In this document: one piece after another, positions 14,061-27,861 of the stretch
Layout of the letters: every line of letters begins with the position of its first letter
Numbering within the stretch: the stretch's first letter is position 1
Source: Octopus vulgaris
Lineage: Eukaryota
Length of the DNA stretch: 64,000 nt
Assembly: GCA_951406725.2 (NCBI GenBank)
Contig: OX597819.1
Span: 66,960,001-67,024,000 of the forward strand
Direction of reading: 5' to 3'
Position numbers and translations under genes: made by a program
The notes under the pieces: model-generated
Database searches by the model: none
The model's input: the letters and a program-made list of their open reading frames with translations, nothing else
What the model was told of the DNA's origin: nothing

Positions 14061-14091
14061 AAACTCTTTATGAACCCCATTATAATATACG

Positions 14092-14179
<88 letters not shown>

Positions 14180-14209
14180 TATTTATATATATATATGTAT
14201 ATATATATT

Positions 14210-14256
14210 CATTTTATCTAGTTTCAGCTCACGAGCTGTGGACATGCTGGGGCACC

Positions 14257-14260
<4 letters not shown>
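14210..14260 (-). mobile_element. Solo 3' tail of CR1/L2-type LINE
   Basis: tctagtttcagctcacgagctgtggacatgct matches 54078-54109. Confidence 0.7.
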
Positions 14261-14312
<52 letters not shown>

Positions 14313-14315
<3 letters not shown>

Positions 14316-14528
14316 TTACTCATTTAATTGTTTCAGTCATTTGACTGCGGCAGTGTTGGAGCACCACCTTTAATCGAACAAATCGACCCCAGGACTTATT
14401 CTTTGTAAGCCTAGTACTTATTTTATCGGTCTCGTTTGCTGAACTGCTAAGTGACGGGGACGCAAACACACCAGCGTCGGTTGTCAAGCGATATTGTGGG
14501 ACAAACATATACACACATACACACACAC

Positions 14529-14613
<85 letters not shown>

Positions 14614-14750
14614 TACATATGCATATATACGACGGGCATCTTTCAGTTTTCCTCTACCAAATCCACTCACAAGGCCTTGGTGGTCCGAAGCTATAGTAGA
14701 AGACACATGCCCAATGTGCTACGCAGCAGTGGAACTGAATCCACAACCAG
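14313..14750 (-). mobile_element. SINE family A with internal (CA)n(TA)n
   Basis: Reverse complement of consensus seen at 47289-47748. Confidence 0.9.
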
Positions 14751-14806
14751 GAATCTTCAGGACGTTTATAGACAAACTTTTATAGACTAGCATTGTTGTC
14801 CCATTT

Positions 14807-14861
<55 letters not shown>

Positions 14862-15115
14862 TATACATATCAAATTAAATGTGACAAAAATGCTGAGGCT
14901 GTGTGGAATTTTCTGGACATTCATAAAGAGAAAGTTAGTCTATAAACGTACTGAAGATTCCGCACAGCCTTATGCACAAGACCCTCATTACACTCCCCAT
15001 TTGTATCATTATCGAACAGAGAGTTTAACTACGGTCCATCCAAAGCAATTACGTAGCGCTAACAGCCACCTTCCGTCTTCTGGATACCTATAACTCTCAT
15101 ACACACACATGCGTG

Positions 15116-15156
<41 letters not shown>

Positions 15157-15196
15157 ACACACACACACTCACACACACTCACACACACACACACAT

Positions 15197-15234
<38 letters not shown>

Positions 15235-15519
15235 AAATTATGTCATGAAATTTGAATAGTCACGCATTTAGACCCACCTACAAATATATAATTATACCAT
15301 AAATGACTCGACATATTTAATATCATTTTATTCTTTGGCATGTTTCAGGCATTTGGCTGCCCCCATGCTGGAGTACCGCCTTGGGTTTTTTTTAATCTCT
15401 TTTCGAACATTAGTTTTATTATCCATAGTTATCCATTCTGAACTAATGTGAAAGTGACCATACTTTCACAGTGATCGTTAGGTATATAAGTGAAAGACAG
15501 AAGATGGAATATCCGAGAA

Positions 15520-15643
15520 TTTATTGTTTGTTCCGACAATTATTTCGACACATCTAGCATCGATCCCTGACGGGTGGCACACTCAAAGTTTTGTTCAGGA
15601 GCATCCGGCGGTTCAGACGTATCTCGTCGGGTGATAAATAAAT
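15520..15643 (-). ncRNA. Type I hammerhead-like motif with long loop-II insertion
   Basis: Minus: CCGACGA-gatacgtct-(59 nt)-agatgtgtc-GAAA-taattg-UC-gg; 9-bp stem II including G.U pairs; GUC triplet. Confidence 0.55.
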
Positions 15644-15889
15644 GCAATTCTTTAAAATGACTGTTCCGCAATGTAACTTTCTGTGTTGTAGGGAAAAAAA
15701 GCAGCCAGACCTTCATTTATATAGAAGATTTTAAAATAAAATCACAGATGGCAAAAGAGAAACGAACATACAATCCAGCGAGAAAAGTATTTAAAATAAC
15801 TGCAAATACCGAAATGGATGTATAAACGCCCTCGAGCAAGCTGCATAGCACGAGTACACTCGCTCACGCAAGGATCCGCAAAAAAGTTG

Positions 15890-15938
<49 letters not shown>

Positions 15939-15940
<2 letters not shown>

Positions 15941-16169
15941 AGGCGCAATAGCCAAGTGGTTATGGCAGCGGACTCGCAGTTGTAGGGAGTGGTGGTGATC
16001 CCTGCCGTACTCTTTCGCCACAACTTTCTCTCACTCTTTCTTCTGTTGGCCTGCTCGCGTAGCCAGCGGGGTGGCGTCATTTGAAGGCTAAAACAATGCT
16101 AATCGCATTGTAACCAGCAGTATGTAGCAACATCTGATAGCCTGGTCGGTCACGGTGATCACGGTGATG
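15939..16169 (+). mobile_element. tRNA-derived SINE (separate family), internally deleted
   Basis: ggaggcgcaatagccaagtggttatggcagcggactcg A-box head; tandem cacggtgat tail. Confidence 0.65.
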
Positions 16170-16197
16170 TATACTTATATATATATATATATACACA

Positions 16198-16336
16198 CGT
16201 CGGCCTTCTTTCAGTTTCTGCCTACCAAATCCACTCACAAGGCTTCGATAAGTCCGAGGCTATAGTAGAGGACACTTGGGACTGAACCCCGGAACATGCG
16301 GCAGTTGGAAAGCACACAACTTACCACACAGCGACG
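16198..16336 (-). mobile_element. SINE family A head fragment
   Basis: cttctttcagtttctgcctaccaaatccactcacaaggct...ttaccacacagc. Confidence 0.8.
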
Positions 16337-16939
16337 TACATTTCACTACATACGTTCAAGGAATATTATAAATGCAACACGTTCGTACACACATTTATAC
16401 ATACATATATTCATGCAGAAATATCTTATCATTGGATGTATGTTCCGTTAAATATACATATTGAAATGACGGCTGTTTCATTGCATGACTACGAGTGTTT
16501 GCATACGTGTGTGTATATGTATACATGCATATATGTGTATATATGTGTTTGAATGTGTGTGTGTGCGCGGGTGCGTGTGTGCGAATGCGTGACTAATCAT
16601 ATTTCATGAGATAAATAATAGAATTTTCAAAGAGATGAGTCTAACGGAAATGAAATAATATTAGAAATAATGCAAAAATTATGTCAATTTAATTGAATTA
16701 TTAGAGATAATTATTTTATTCTTTTTTCTTTCGATTAATACGTTTGAAGTTAAAATTATTAGCGGTTTGGTTTCAATGAAGTACTACATATGGTTGTATA
16801 AAAATCTAAAGGTGAAATTTATGCGTCGTTGCATGTATAGCGTTATCTGTTAGTAGCACTTCTCTGCATGGGAGTGTGTATGTGTGAGTGTGCTTGTGTG
16901 TATATGTATATATATATATATATATATATACATATACGC

Positions 16940-17450
16940 TTTTACTCTTTTTTTGTTTCAGTCATTTGACTGCGGCCATGCTGGATCACTACTATTAGCC
17001 GAAGAAATCGATCCAAAGACTATTTCTTTGTAAGCCTAGTACTTATTCTATCTCTTTTGCCGAACCACTAGGCTACAGGGACGTAAACAAACTAACATCA
17101 GCTATCAAGCGATTGTGGTGGCGGTGGTGGTGGTGGTTTTGGGGACAAATACATGCACACAAACATATACATACATATATATCTTTATATACAAAAGATA
17201 TGTATGCATGTATGTATATATATATATATATTCTTTTATCTTTTCACTTGTTTCGGTTATTTGACTGCGGTCATGCTGGAGCACCACATTTTGTCGAACG
17301 AATCTACCCCAGGTATTAATCTTTAGAAGCCTAGCACTTATTCTATCACTCCCTCTCTCTCTTATGCCGAACTATTAAGTTACGGGGACATAAACCCACC
17401 AACATCGGTTGACAAAGGATGGCGGGCGGACAAACACAGGCACAGAAACA
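16940..17450 (-). mobile_element. Two tandem SINE family A 3' halves (16940-17160, 17232-17450)
   Basis: tttgactgcggccatgctgga / tttgactgcggtcatgctggagcacc, each followed by aagcctag. Confidence 0.85.
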
Positions 17451-17482
17451 TGTACATGCATATGTATTATATTATATTATGT

Positions 17483-17523
<41 letters not shown>

Positions 17524-17698
17524 TACATATATATATGTATGTGTATATATATATATATATACATACTACAAATGTGGGAAATTCTTTCTGGGTGTGTTTG
17601 TGGTGTTGTTAGCAAGCTCGTCCTACAAAGTTATATCGATTTTTATGGCAAACTCAGATTGTTGAAGAAATCTATAATAGGGCCTCTGGAACCGATCC

Positions 17699-17731
<33 letters not shown>

Positions 17732-18459
17732 ATATTTTCTTTAACACCCTGGAGGAATAACTCATTCGTATCTGGAAGAGATCCTTATATATAGCGAAGG
17801 GAATTGACCCATTCATTTTCCAAAAGTATTTCGTATAAATCAAATTGAGTATACTTATTTCTTAGTATTTGAACTTTTTGAGTTAGTCTCGTAATTTATC
17901 CAGTACAACACTTAAACAAGTAAATACATTTTCCTAAAAAATATATCCACTTATTTCGGTTAGAGGATTATTCACCAATATACCAACACTAGCACCGCTA
18001 AGGGTAATATTCTCTGGGAACGCACAAAAGCACTATTCGGTTATTTACTTTGAATTGTTCTTATCACATATCTGATTGGCCTGTTATTACGTAACATGCT
18101 CCATCAGTTTTGTATACATACCTTATTAGTATTTCCTCTTATGATCTATATACTCTGTCAACGAATTTAAGTCCTTTTCGGGTCTCCTTTATTTGAATTC
18201 TTACTGTCAAGTAACTAATTTCATGTTATTACATAATTGACTTCACAATTTGGGTATTCATAACATATTGGGAATTCCTAAAAACAAGATTCTTTGTAAG
18301 ACATTTTGGTATTCTCTGTAAGTGCACAAAAACCGTTTTAAGGGCTACATATTTTGTATTGTTGTACTGGATTAGCGAAATAATTATGAGAACGGAACTA
18401 AGGGATAAGCTCTGCTTTCCCATGAATTACTAGGTACGTCAGCTAGTATATACATATAC

Positions 18460-18545
18460 AACGGGCTTCTCTGTGCTTCCATCTACCAAATTCACATACA
18501 AGGTTTTGGTCCACCCGAGGCTATATTTTAAGACACTTGCCCACG
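18460..18545 (-). mobile_element. SINE family A fragment
   Basis: acgggcttc...tctaccaaattcac...ccgaggctata...agacacttgccca. Confidence 0.75.
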
Positions 18546-18559
18546 CGTATAATAAGTGC

Positions 18560-18831
18560 CCTGTCGTATACGATGATGAGGGTTCTAGTTGATCCTATCA
18601 AGAGAACAATGCTAGTGAAATAAACGTGCAGGTGACTGAGCACTCAACAGACACGCATAACTTTAAAGTATTTCACAGATAGATTCAGCGTGACACAGAA
18701 TGTTACAAAGCTGGGCTTTAAAATATAGGTATAACTCAATTTTGCCAGATGAAGTGCAACGCAACGCCGGAAGTCGAATTAATGGCATTGCAATCGTGAG
18801 CTGAGTACCGGAGACACTAAGACACACGCTT
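18560..18831 (-). mobile_element. tRNA-derived SINE family C, degenerate
   Basis: Minus-strand head gcgtgtgtcttagtg...ctcagctcacgattgcaa...ttcgacttccggc (A/B-box remnants). Confidence 0.55.
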
Positions 18832-18949
18832 TACGTACGAACAGACATACATCCATACATACATGGATACATGAGTGTATGTGTGATGTAGCCCTTAAGA
18901 GGAACTAACACAATTCCTTCCCGTGCTGCTATTGTACTAAACTTATTGA

Positions 18950-21300
18950 GTCCATTATGAAATCGATGCATTTTTTTTTACTCTGTTCTTATCTTTTCTA
19001 GAGCCAAAGCTGTCAGTAAAAATTGATTTGTTTCAACAACTTCGGTGCAAATGCTGGCAACATTTATACGCAATCCTATTTTAAACGTAGTAAAACGAGC
19101 TGACATGAGAACAAAACCATTCTATGTTCTAAAATATATATTTGTCGATGAAGCGTGTTTATCCTTGATATTTCTAATAGAAAATATAAAAAGGAAACAA
19201 ATATCTTCAATATGTAAAGCTGGGATATTTCATGGCGATTTCAGTGGACTTTCGTGACATCAGAGAACGCTTTGATCTTGGAGTTTCTGTTCGTCTGTTC
19301 TAGAGAATAAACGTGCTGCAATCCATCATAGTTTAGGTTATGATCCCTTTATGATTAAAACGCCATATTGCCTTCACATGAAACGCCTGGCACTTAAATC
19401 TTTGATACCAACGATTCCGGGGCCACTTTTAGTTTTGTTCTCTTTATGTCGTTTCCATATGCATAAGTTAAATCTCAGCGAAATATTCTTTTATGGAATG
19501 ACACATTTACAATCAGCCGTGGTGATACTCACTTTATATTTTAAGCTTTGACTTCTTGGTAAATATTTCAATGATTCCGTTAGCTGAAACTATTAAACAA
19601 AAATGATGATGAATCACGTAAAGATACGTCAATACATATTTACGAGAGCTGTATAAGTAATAAAACCCACATCGCTAGACTTTTCGTACTTAGCCGAGAA
19701 AGGAATAGCAACAGCAATCCTCCTAAACGCTTTTAACGGACATTGAATAATATTAAGAAAAATAAATGACAGCACATGAATTACCTTCAGATTATATCTG
19801 TGGCCTTAATTCTAACAAATGAGGAAGCCTGGTTGGTGAATGACCTACGATGTCAATGTAACGGTGACAATGTGTCAGGTCTAACTCCCTCAAATATACT
19901 TATTCTTGGTGCACAAGAAATGAATTTACCTCATCCGATTGAACAACGGAAATAATATTTAGTCTCCGACTTCACAATAAGATGGAAATGTTCTTTACCA
20001 CGTTGCCTATTTTCTGAAACCTTTTCCTCCCTTCTAAGTGACAAGAATTGTACCATCCGTAGAGTTAATTCAATGAAGAATTTTATCTTTTACGCAGATC
20101 ATTTGTTTTTGATGTTTGGCAAAAATACTGGTACATTATGTAGCAGTAAGCCTTTGTTAATTGAAAGTAATATTTATTAAGATAGTACCAAGTAATAAAT
20201 ATTCATCACCTATATAATGTGAAGTAAGTCTACTCAAGCAATGAGATACTTGCATTTCGGTGTTGCAGTAATTACATAGATCTACATTAGCCTTGATTAA
20301 GCAGGTGTAATGTTAAACACATTTCAGGTAAGATAACACCATCTATATACTGCTTGCTCTAGTATGTTATTTTCTGTTTTTAAGAAAGTTGAGTATGATA
20401 TAATGACAATTCAGCTGGCATTTCTAGCGGAGCGAACAGCTGTGTCATCAGCAGTTCAGTTGTAGCTATAAACTCTTAAATCGGTTAATACCCAAAATTA
20501 GATAATGCTTATGAAATATTCTCCAGCGCTCGAAATTGTCACTACTCATAACCGAAGCGTCTGTTAATACAGTGATACGTATCCTCAAATATTTATTCAG
20601 TACACTACACTTATCTAACTTATACAGCAATTCAAAATCTGGCTAACACACAATGTGGCAAAATATATTTTCCATGACGCTCTAAAAGATTAAAATGCAA
20701 AGACCATTATTTGAACGATTGCGAAATATTTGAAATGCTTAGACAATTAATGACACAAAAATATATCCTATGCCGCAGTGAAATGTAAGGGGCCTCAATC
20801 ATTTTGAACTGCAGTTCATATACGCTGAGTCTTTCTTTAGTTTTCCTTTTCTCTGCTTCGCTTTTGAAATTGGTTTCCGTCTCTGGATAATAGTTTTACC
20901 TTCAGCCTGGTCCACGCGTAAAACTATTTGTCAGAATGTGCATACAGTGGTTTAGATTACACGGCATGTCATAGTTACTCCTCGCCATGCATACACTTTG
21001 TAGTTCACTTACGCTCTGTAGTTTAAATTTCTCTAAGCTTTCCTCTCTGTACGACTAAATTCCAAAAGGTAGCGATAAAGTTTAACAACCCATAAGAGAC
21101 AGGATTGTTGAACATGAGAGAAACTGTTTCAATAACTATTTTACTTAGAAATACACTGCATCTATGATCAGCGCATTTACCATTAAAAGCACAAGGTGTA
21201 AGCAATTTGAAAAGGAGACATTAATGTAGGAGAAACTGCAAATGATGCACTGCTAGCAAAGTAAGTTAAAATACTGTTTCAGTTGAACAACTCCAATAAG
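18950..21300 (+). mobile_element. Possible heavily decayed L1/Tx1-type RT region
   Basis: Ordered remnants ISVDF (19240), LGYDPFMIKTPY (19335), PLL (19425), WFRLHG (20950); many stops. Confidence 0.3.
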
Positions 21301-21619
21301 ATACGTCAATAAGAGCTATATTAATGGAAATAACCTCTCTAATGTAAATAAAACAACGATGAAATTGGGTTGATGACAAAGTCTTGCAGGATAATCTAAA
21401 TCTAATACACCTATCTTACGCAATGCCTTCGATAAATTACGGCAGAAAAAAGTTATCTTTTCTAAGCTGGAAAGCGCCTTCTTCTACGTTTGTACAGATG
21501 AGTTATGTTTCATCTTCCGTGATGTTATACATGTATATTCTATGATTAAATGTTCAAGATATGAAATGTTACGTGGATGACCTTGTATTTGTTTGTTCTG
21601 TAACCTTAGTTTGATATAC

Positions 21620-21683
<64 letters not shown>

Positions 21684-22063
21684 ATATATAAATATGAATG
21701 TAAGGGTGAGTGTTTGTGGGCGTGTGGCTGTATAGATTCTTATATGGATATATGTGTGTGTGACTGTGTCTCTCTCAGTGCATACATATATAATATTACA
21801 TAATATTTATACGTAGAGGAGCAAGTGAAATCAACTGTAAGCATATAATTACCATTTGATGCACTCTATATCGATTAGCAATTAGTCGACGCACAGCATG
21901 CCTACCTACGAAAATTAAGATAAGTGTTTAACTTTTACTTAAGTCCTCTTGATTGTGATGTCTTATGTGGGTAAATTCTATACCTGTGAATCCATACATA
22001 ATAGGGATCTAAGTTTACCTATCATTCCTTACAATACGTGTATATGTGTGTGTTTGTGTGTGA

Positions 22064-22154
<91 letters not shown>

Positions 22155-22300
22155 CACACACACAGATATATACAGCTATATATATGCATATATATGTATA
22201 TATATACATATATATGTATGCATATATATATACATATATATGTGTGTGTGTGTATAAATATATATATATACATATATGTATACATATATATATGCATATA

Positions 22301-22368
<68 letters not shown>

Positions 22369-23239
22369 CATATAAACATATGCTACATGTGCAAGCACAC
22401 GGTTTTAATGTGATTGAGTTGTGCAGATTTCCACACAAAGTCATATAACTGTAAGTGAAAGAATCTTACGTTTATCTGAACGAATTTAAGACCTAATAAA
22501 ATACTGTTTATAAAATTATTATTGTTTAGCTTTCTAAGTTACGAAAGTCATATTGTCAGCTCTTTATATTGGATTCTATAAGAATATCTAAACATATCTG
22601 AAGGAAACGAAATCTATTTATATTAGAGTCCGTTGACAAGAAACTAATATTCTCAACTCTATATTTAGTTTTGGTATAAAAGCTAAGAAGCTTTTACGAA
22701 GATTCCTATGAATGCGAGCAAATTTACGAGGGAGAAATATTATTTCGGAGAGAGATGAATATTTAAAATTATTAGTTAGCCGTTCTCAGAATTATTATTA
22801 GTTCATAGAATTCACTGATGGATTCGAATTGTGAAGATTTCGATATCGTATTTTAATAAATAAATACATACTATCAAAAAGTAATGATGCGATTGCATCG
22901 AACGTCTATTCCAAAGATCAAAGATTCCTGTCTTCTTTTTCCCACCAATATTTGTCCAAAGCAAGTTTCACTTATATTTAGATGAGCAAGCCCCGGTCGT
23001 GTCTGCAGATGTGAATATGTATATATGTATGCACACACATACACAAACACACAAACACACATACACTCGCATATATATATGTATATATGTAAATGTATAC
23101 ACATAAGTAGGTATGTATATGTATGTTGCTATGCATATATATATATAGAGAGAGAGACAGACAGACAGACAGAGACAGAGGGAGAGAGACAGAGGCATCT
23201 CTGTCTATATGTACACACATACATGTATGCCCTTATGTA

Positions 23240-23280
<41 letters not shown>

Positions 23281-23319
23281 GTATGTATATATGTGTGCAT
23301 GTATGTATGTCTGTATGTC

Positions 23320-23351
<32 letters not shown>

Positions 23352-24239
23352 TGTACGTATGTGGCTAGGGTGATAGGTTGGTATGTATGTATGTATTTAT
23401 GTCTGTATGTATGTATGTTGTATGTATGTATGTATGTATGTATGTATGTATGTATGTATGTACGTATGTGGCTAGGGGGATAGGTTGGTATGTATGTATA
23501 TGCCGAAGCCTTGTCAAATAGCAGCCAGACTGAGACGTTATCCAGACACAGTATACATCACACTGCACAGAATTATAATCAAAATGTCTGACGTGTGACC
23601 GAGACGTCATTTTTTAACGAAGTGTGTCAACGGCTTCCTTATCTACCTAGCTTATGTGTGTATCCATGTGGGTGTGCGTGCATGTGAGTGTGCGTGAAAG
23701 TTAGTGTGCGTGCATGTTAGTGTGCGTGCATGGTTGCGTGCATGGTTGTGTGCAGGTGGGGGGGGTGTGTGTGTGTGTATGTGTAGATAAGTTTACACAC
23801 ATGAAATACACCTCCATACACCTTTACTCCAAAGATTGGCTGTAGATGTTATATCATATATATAGGAGTTGTTAATGCTGAAATCTACTGTAGAATGCTG
23901 GAAAATACTTTACGTCAGGCAATTGCGTATGTAAACAACAAACTGGTAAAATTTAAAATATTCATCCCTGGATGAATAAAATTAGTAATAGGAGATGTAT
24001 ATATTTTGATTTAAATGCCTACCTGTGTAACTCCTATCCGAAAAGAAACCCATGTAAGCGTGAATAAATAATACCCTAAAACACGAAGGGGAAATTATGC
24101 AGTGGGATCCATTATCTTACATGTGCTTCTGCTACAAAATACAGTGAAATGCTTCATACATCGGAAGTCATTTTTATCTAATGAATTTCATTTTAGAATT
24201 ACCTCTTCCTTTGTGATTCATTTAATTTCCAACACCTTC

Positions 24240-25240
24240 CTTTACACGTTTCCAGCATTCGCGTTGAAAGAAAGCGTTGCTTTCTAATTTGCCTTTCTGT
24301 ATCTCAGGCTTTCATACAATCCTTCAACCTTTAGTCTTGCTTTCTCCTGGAGGCATTTACCTCAAACTAGTTCACCATATAGCATCTGCGTAGGGATTAT
24401 CCGACCATCCATCTTAACATGCTACACTGGCAAGCGCAATCGGTGCTTGTACACCATCGCCTCAAGGTACAGGATATCGGCTACCCTGAAGACTCTGTGT
24501 CAGTAGTCAGCAAGGATTAGCCAACATTCAGAATATGTTACAGACATCTCTGAGGGAAGAGTTCAAGAGAACATACACTATACTTGTAAAAGTTGCATGC
24601 AAAATACGTTTTCCTTCAAAAATTCACATACCTCCCTCTACTCGTTTCCAGCAGTAGTATCAACAGCAAGTATTGCTTTCTAATTTGGCTTTCTGTATCT
24701 CAGGCCTTTATACAATACATAAACTTCTAGTCTTGATCTCTGCTGGGGGCATTTCCCCAAAAACCATTTGCTTATGGATCATCAGACCATGCATCTTAAC
24801 ATGCTGCCCAGCCTAGCGCAATCGGTACTTGTACACAAACGCCTCAAGGCTCGGGATTTCGGCTCCCTGAAAACCTCTGTGTCTGTAGTCAGCAAGAATT
24901 AGCTAAAATTCAGAATATGTTGCAGACATCTCTGATGGAAGAGTTGAAGAGAATTTACATCATACTTTTAAAAGATGCATGTCTAATATGTTTAAAAGAA
25001 CAGCATCAGCACACATGCACGATACATAGTAACAGTTCGTCAGCTTGCGATCGCACGTTGGCATCTCAAGTGCCTAGAAGGCAACAGTGACCTGAAAACT
25101 TAAAAATATTCCATCTTCAGAGACGAAATACCTGCTCAGTTTGCTGACCAGATAGAAAAACATTTCTTCCAATTTCAGTACGATGCATTCATCTGAGATA
25201 CATGGTTACAGGAATGGGTTTCATGGCACCGGCTAGACCA
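24240..25240 (-). mobile_element. RTE-clade LINE C-terminal fragment, tandemly duplicated (24240-24606, 24640-24990)
   Basis: Minus-strand FHQRCLQHILN, HVKMDGRIIPTQMLYGEL motifs; two diverged copies; third piece at 26271-26352. Confidence 0.75.
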
Positions 25241-25443
25241 TTACTGCTATCTTGTTCAGTGTAATACTGAGTCTGAATGTCTTGCAGGATGCAGGAATAT
25301 AAATCTATGAGAATGTTCATGTCTTCATATGTATGCGCAACGGAGTCGTAATCATTCACATAATCCAGATTGAGAAAACCTAACAGAAATATTTTATGCG
25401 TATATACATACATACAAACATACATACATACATACATACACAC

Positions 25444-25978
<535 letters not shown>

Positions 25979-26099
25979 CTTAAATTAAAAACTACAAATA
26001 GCTACTTAGGTTGGGGACAAAAAGAAAATCTCGTTCCTGGAATGTATGTATTCGTTGGAGGTTCTCAAGTGTTGCAATATATATATATATATTCGAACT

Positions 26100-26260
26100 T
26101 CATAGAAAAGCAAAGTACGAACACAAGTGTAGAAAAAACATGAAAGTGCATTAGTTTGATGGTTCAGAAAAAAAGAAGTCAATTACGTTTCGAGTCTACG
26201 CTCTTCAGCAGATATGAATGAGAGAAAATAAACAGAGAGTGAATGAACAAATTTACATGA
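26100..26260 (-). mobile_element. Solo Neptune-type pLTR with minimal hammerhead motif
   Basis: Minus CTGCTGA-a-gagcgtagactc-GAAA-cgta at 26211-26184. Confidence 0.7.
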
Positions 26261-26489
26261 CTCTTGTACAGGATGCATGTCTGATATGATTAAAGGAAGA
26301 TACGCACGATACATAACAACCTTTCGTTACCTTGTGATGCCACGTTGGCATTAGACACGACTCTCAAGAACCTTCAAGCAAACAGTAAACACTGAAATCT
26401 ACAATTTTTTTCCTTCTGTCTCTCTCTCTCTCACTTTCTCTCTCTCTCTCACTCTCTCCCTCGCTCTCTCTCTCTCTCTCTCTAGCCAC

Positions 26490-26641
26490 TACACATTCTT
26501 TATTTTCTCTCCTTGTATCTTTCTGTGTTCCTTTGTGTGAAAGAGTGTAGGCTTGAAACGTTAAAGACATTTTCACTTCCCGAAGGTTAAACTAGGTTTG
26601 TTGCCTACACCACCTGTCTCCGTCTTTTTTTTGTGAATTCT

Positions 26642-26645
<4 letters not shown>
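26490..26645 (+). mobile_element. Solo Neptune-type pLTR with degenerate hammerhead motif
   Basis: gtgtgaaagagtgtaggcttGAAAcgttaaagac at 26535-26568; ends at (TA)n. Confidence 0.7.
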
Positions 26646-26693
<48 letters not shown>

Positions 26694-27128
26694 TTTTTAT
26701 ATCTGGCTTGCAAAATTATTGGTGTGATGAAGCAAATTACGCTGTGTCTGCGGAGAGTGATATTATGTTACTGCCTTATTATCTAGCTCACGCATAGGTT
26801 CGATTTCCACTTATTTATTATTTATATTTTTCTCCAAAAGTTTTCGTTGTTTTTTGCAAATTTGTCAATGGATGTTGACTCCGTTATATATATATATATA
26901 TATATATATATAAGATGATCTTCTTTGGAAATGGATGCGTCGCATTCAATCATATAACGATATAAATAATATATATATGCATATATACATGCATATTTAG
27001 TTACAGAATGTCACAAAACATAAACGACATGAAATACGGGATACGAAAACAAGAAATACGCAGATAAACTTCTGTATGCGAACAACGAAAGAAGGAAATG
27101 GAAGACAAGACAACTAACATAAAGAATG

Positions 27129-27190
27129 ACCCTTAATCAGTTGTCGGCTGTTTATCTACTCATATTTTGAGTACTTCACGACAATATATG
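27129..27190 (-). ncRNA. Non-circularly permuted hammerhead-like motif, copy 1
   Basis: CAUAU-A-UUGUCG-ugaagu-ACUC-aaa-AUAUG-14nt-CGACAA-CUGAUUA-a-GGGU. Confidence 0.6.
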
Positions 27191-27681
27191 CCTTCAAGAA
27201 AACAGCTACTTCCGAGAAATTTGGGATTTTCTGAGGGTCAAAGTTGGTAACAAAACAGGACAGTGAAAACAAAGTGTGAGGGCCGCTAAGCCATACGAGG
27301 TAGGATGGCTAACGCTGAAGGAACATTCTTTGTCAGGATAAAAGATAGGAGAGGAGACAGACAAGAATGCGTCTGGTCTGTGTAGCAGACCAAATGAAAA
27401 GAAAGATGAACATGTGAGGAAAAGAAAGATGGTCGATGGTTACATGTGAGCAAAAAGAGAGTAACTGAGGAAGAGGGAGAGAGAGAGAAAGACAAATAAA
27501 AAACGGGAAAGGGGAGAAAAAATTAGAGAAAGGAAGAGAGAGGAAACGAATCGTGAGACAGAGAGAGAACAGTACAGAGCAGAGTCGCATCAAAACTAAG
27601 ATAAACTTACTTAGAAATGGATGCGTGGAGTCCAATCATATAATTATATAAATAATATATATATATATACATGTATATATA

Positions 27682-27740
<59 letters not shown>

Positions 27741-27861
27741 GCATATATTGGTACAGGACGTCACAAAACGTAAACAACATGAAATACGCCGAACGAAGAC
27801 ATACATTTTTGCGAGCAACGAAAGAAAGAAATAGAAAACAAGGCAAGTAACATAAGTAGCA

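Noticed and set aside
17726-18425. Possible decayed GIY-YIG Penelope on minus strand (YVYK...GQS...NSAF)
   Set aside because: Motif remnants too weak to call without a profile search
21949-22448. Numerous YIYI/HTHT/CVCV ORFs here and throughout the track
   Set aside because: Translations of (TA)n/(CA)n microsatellites, open in several frames; no coding signal
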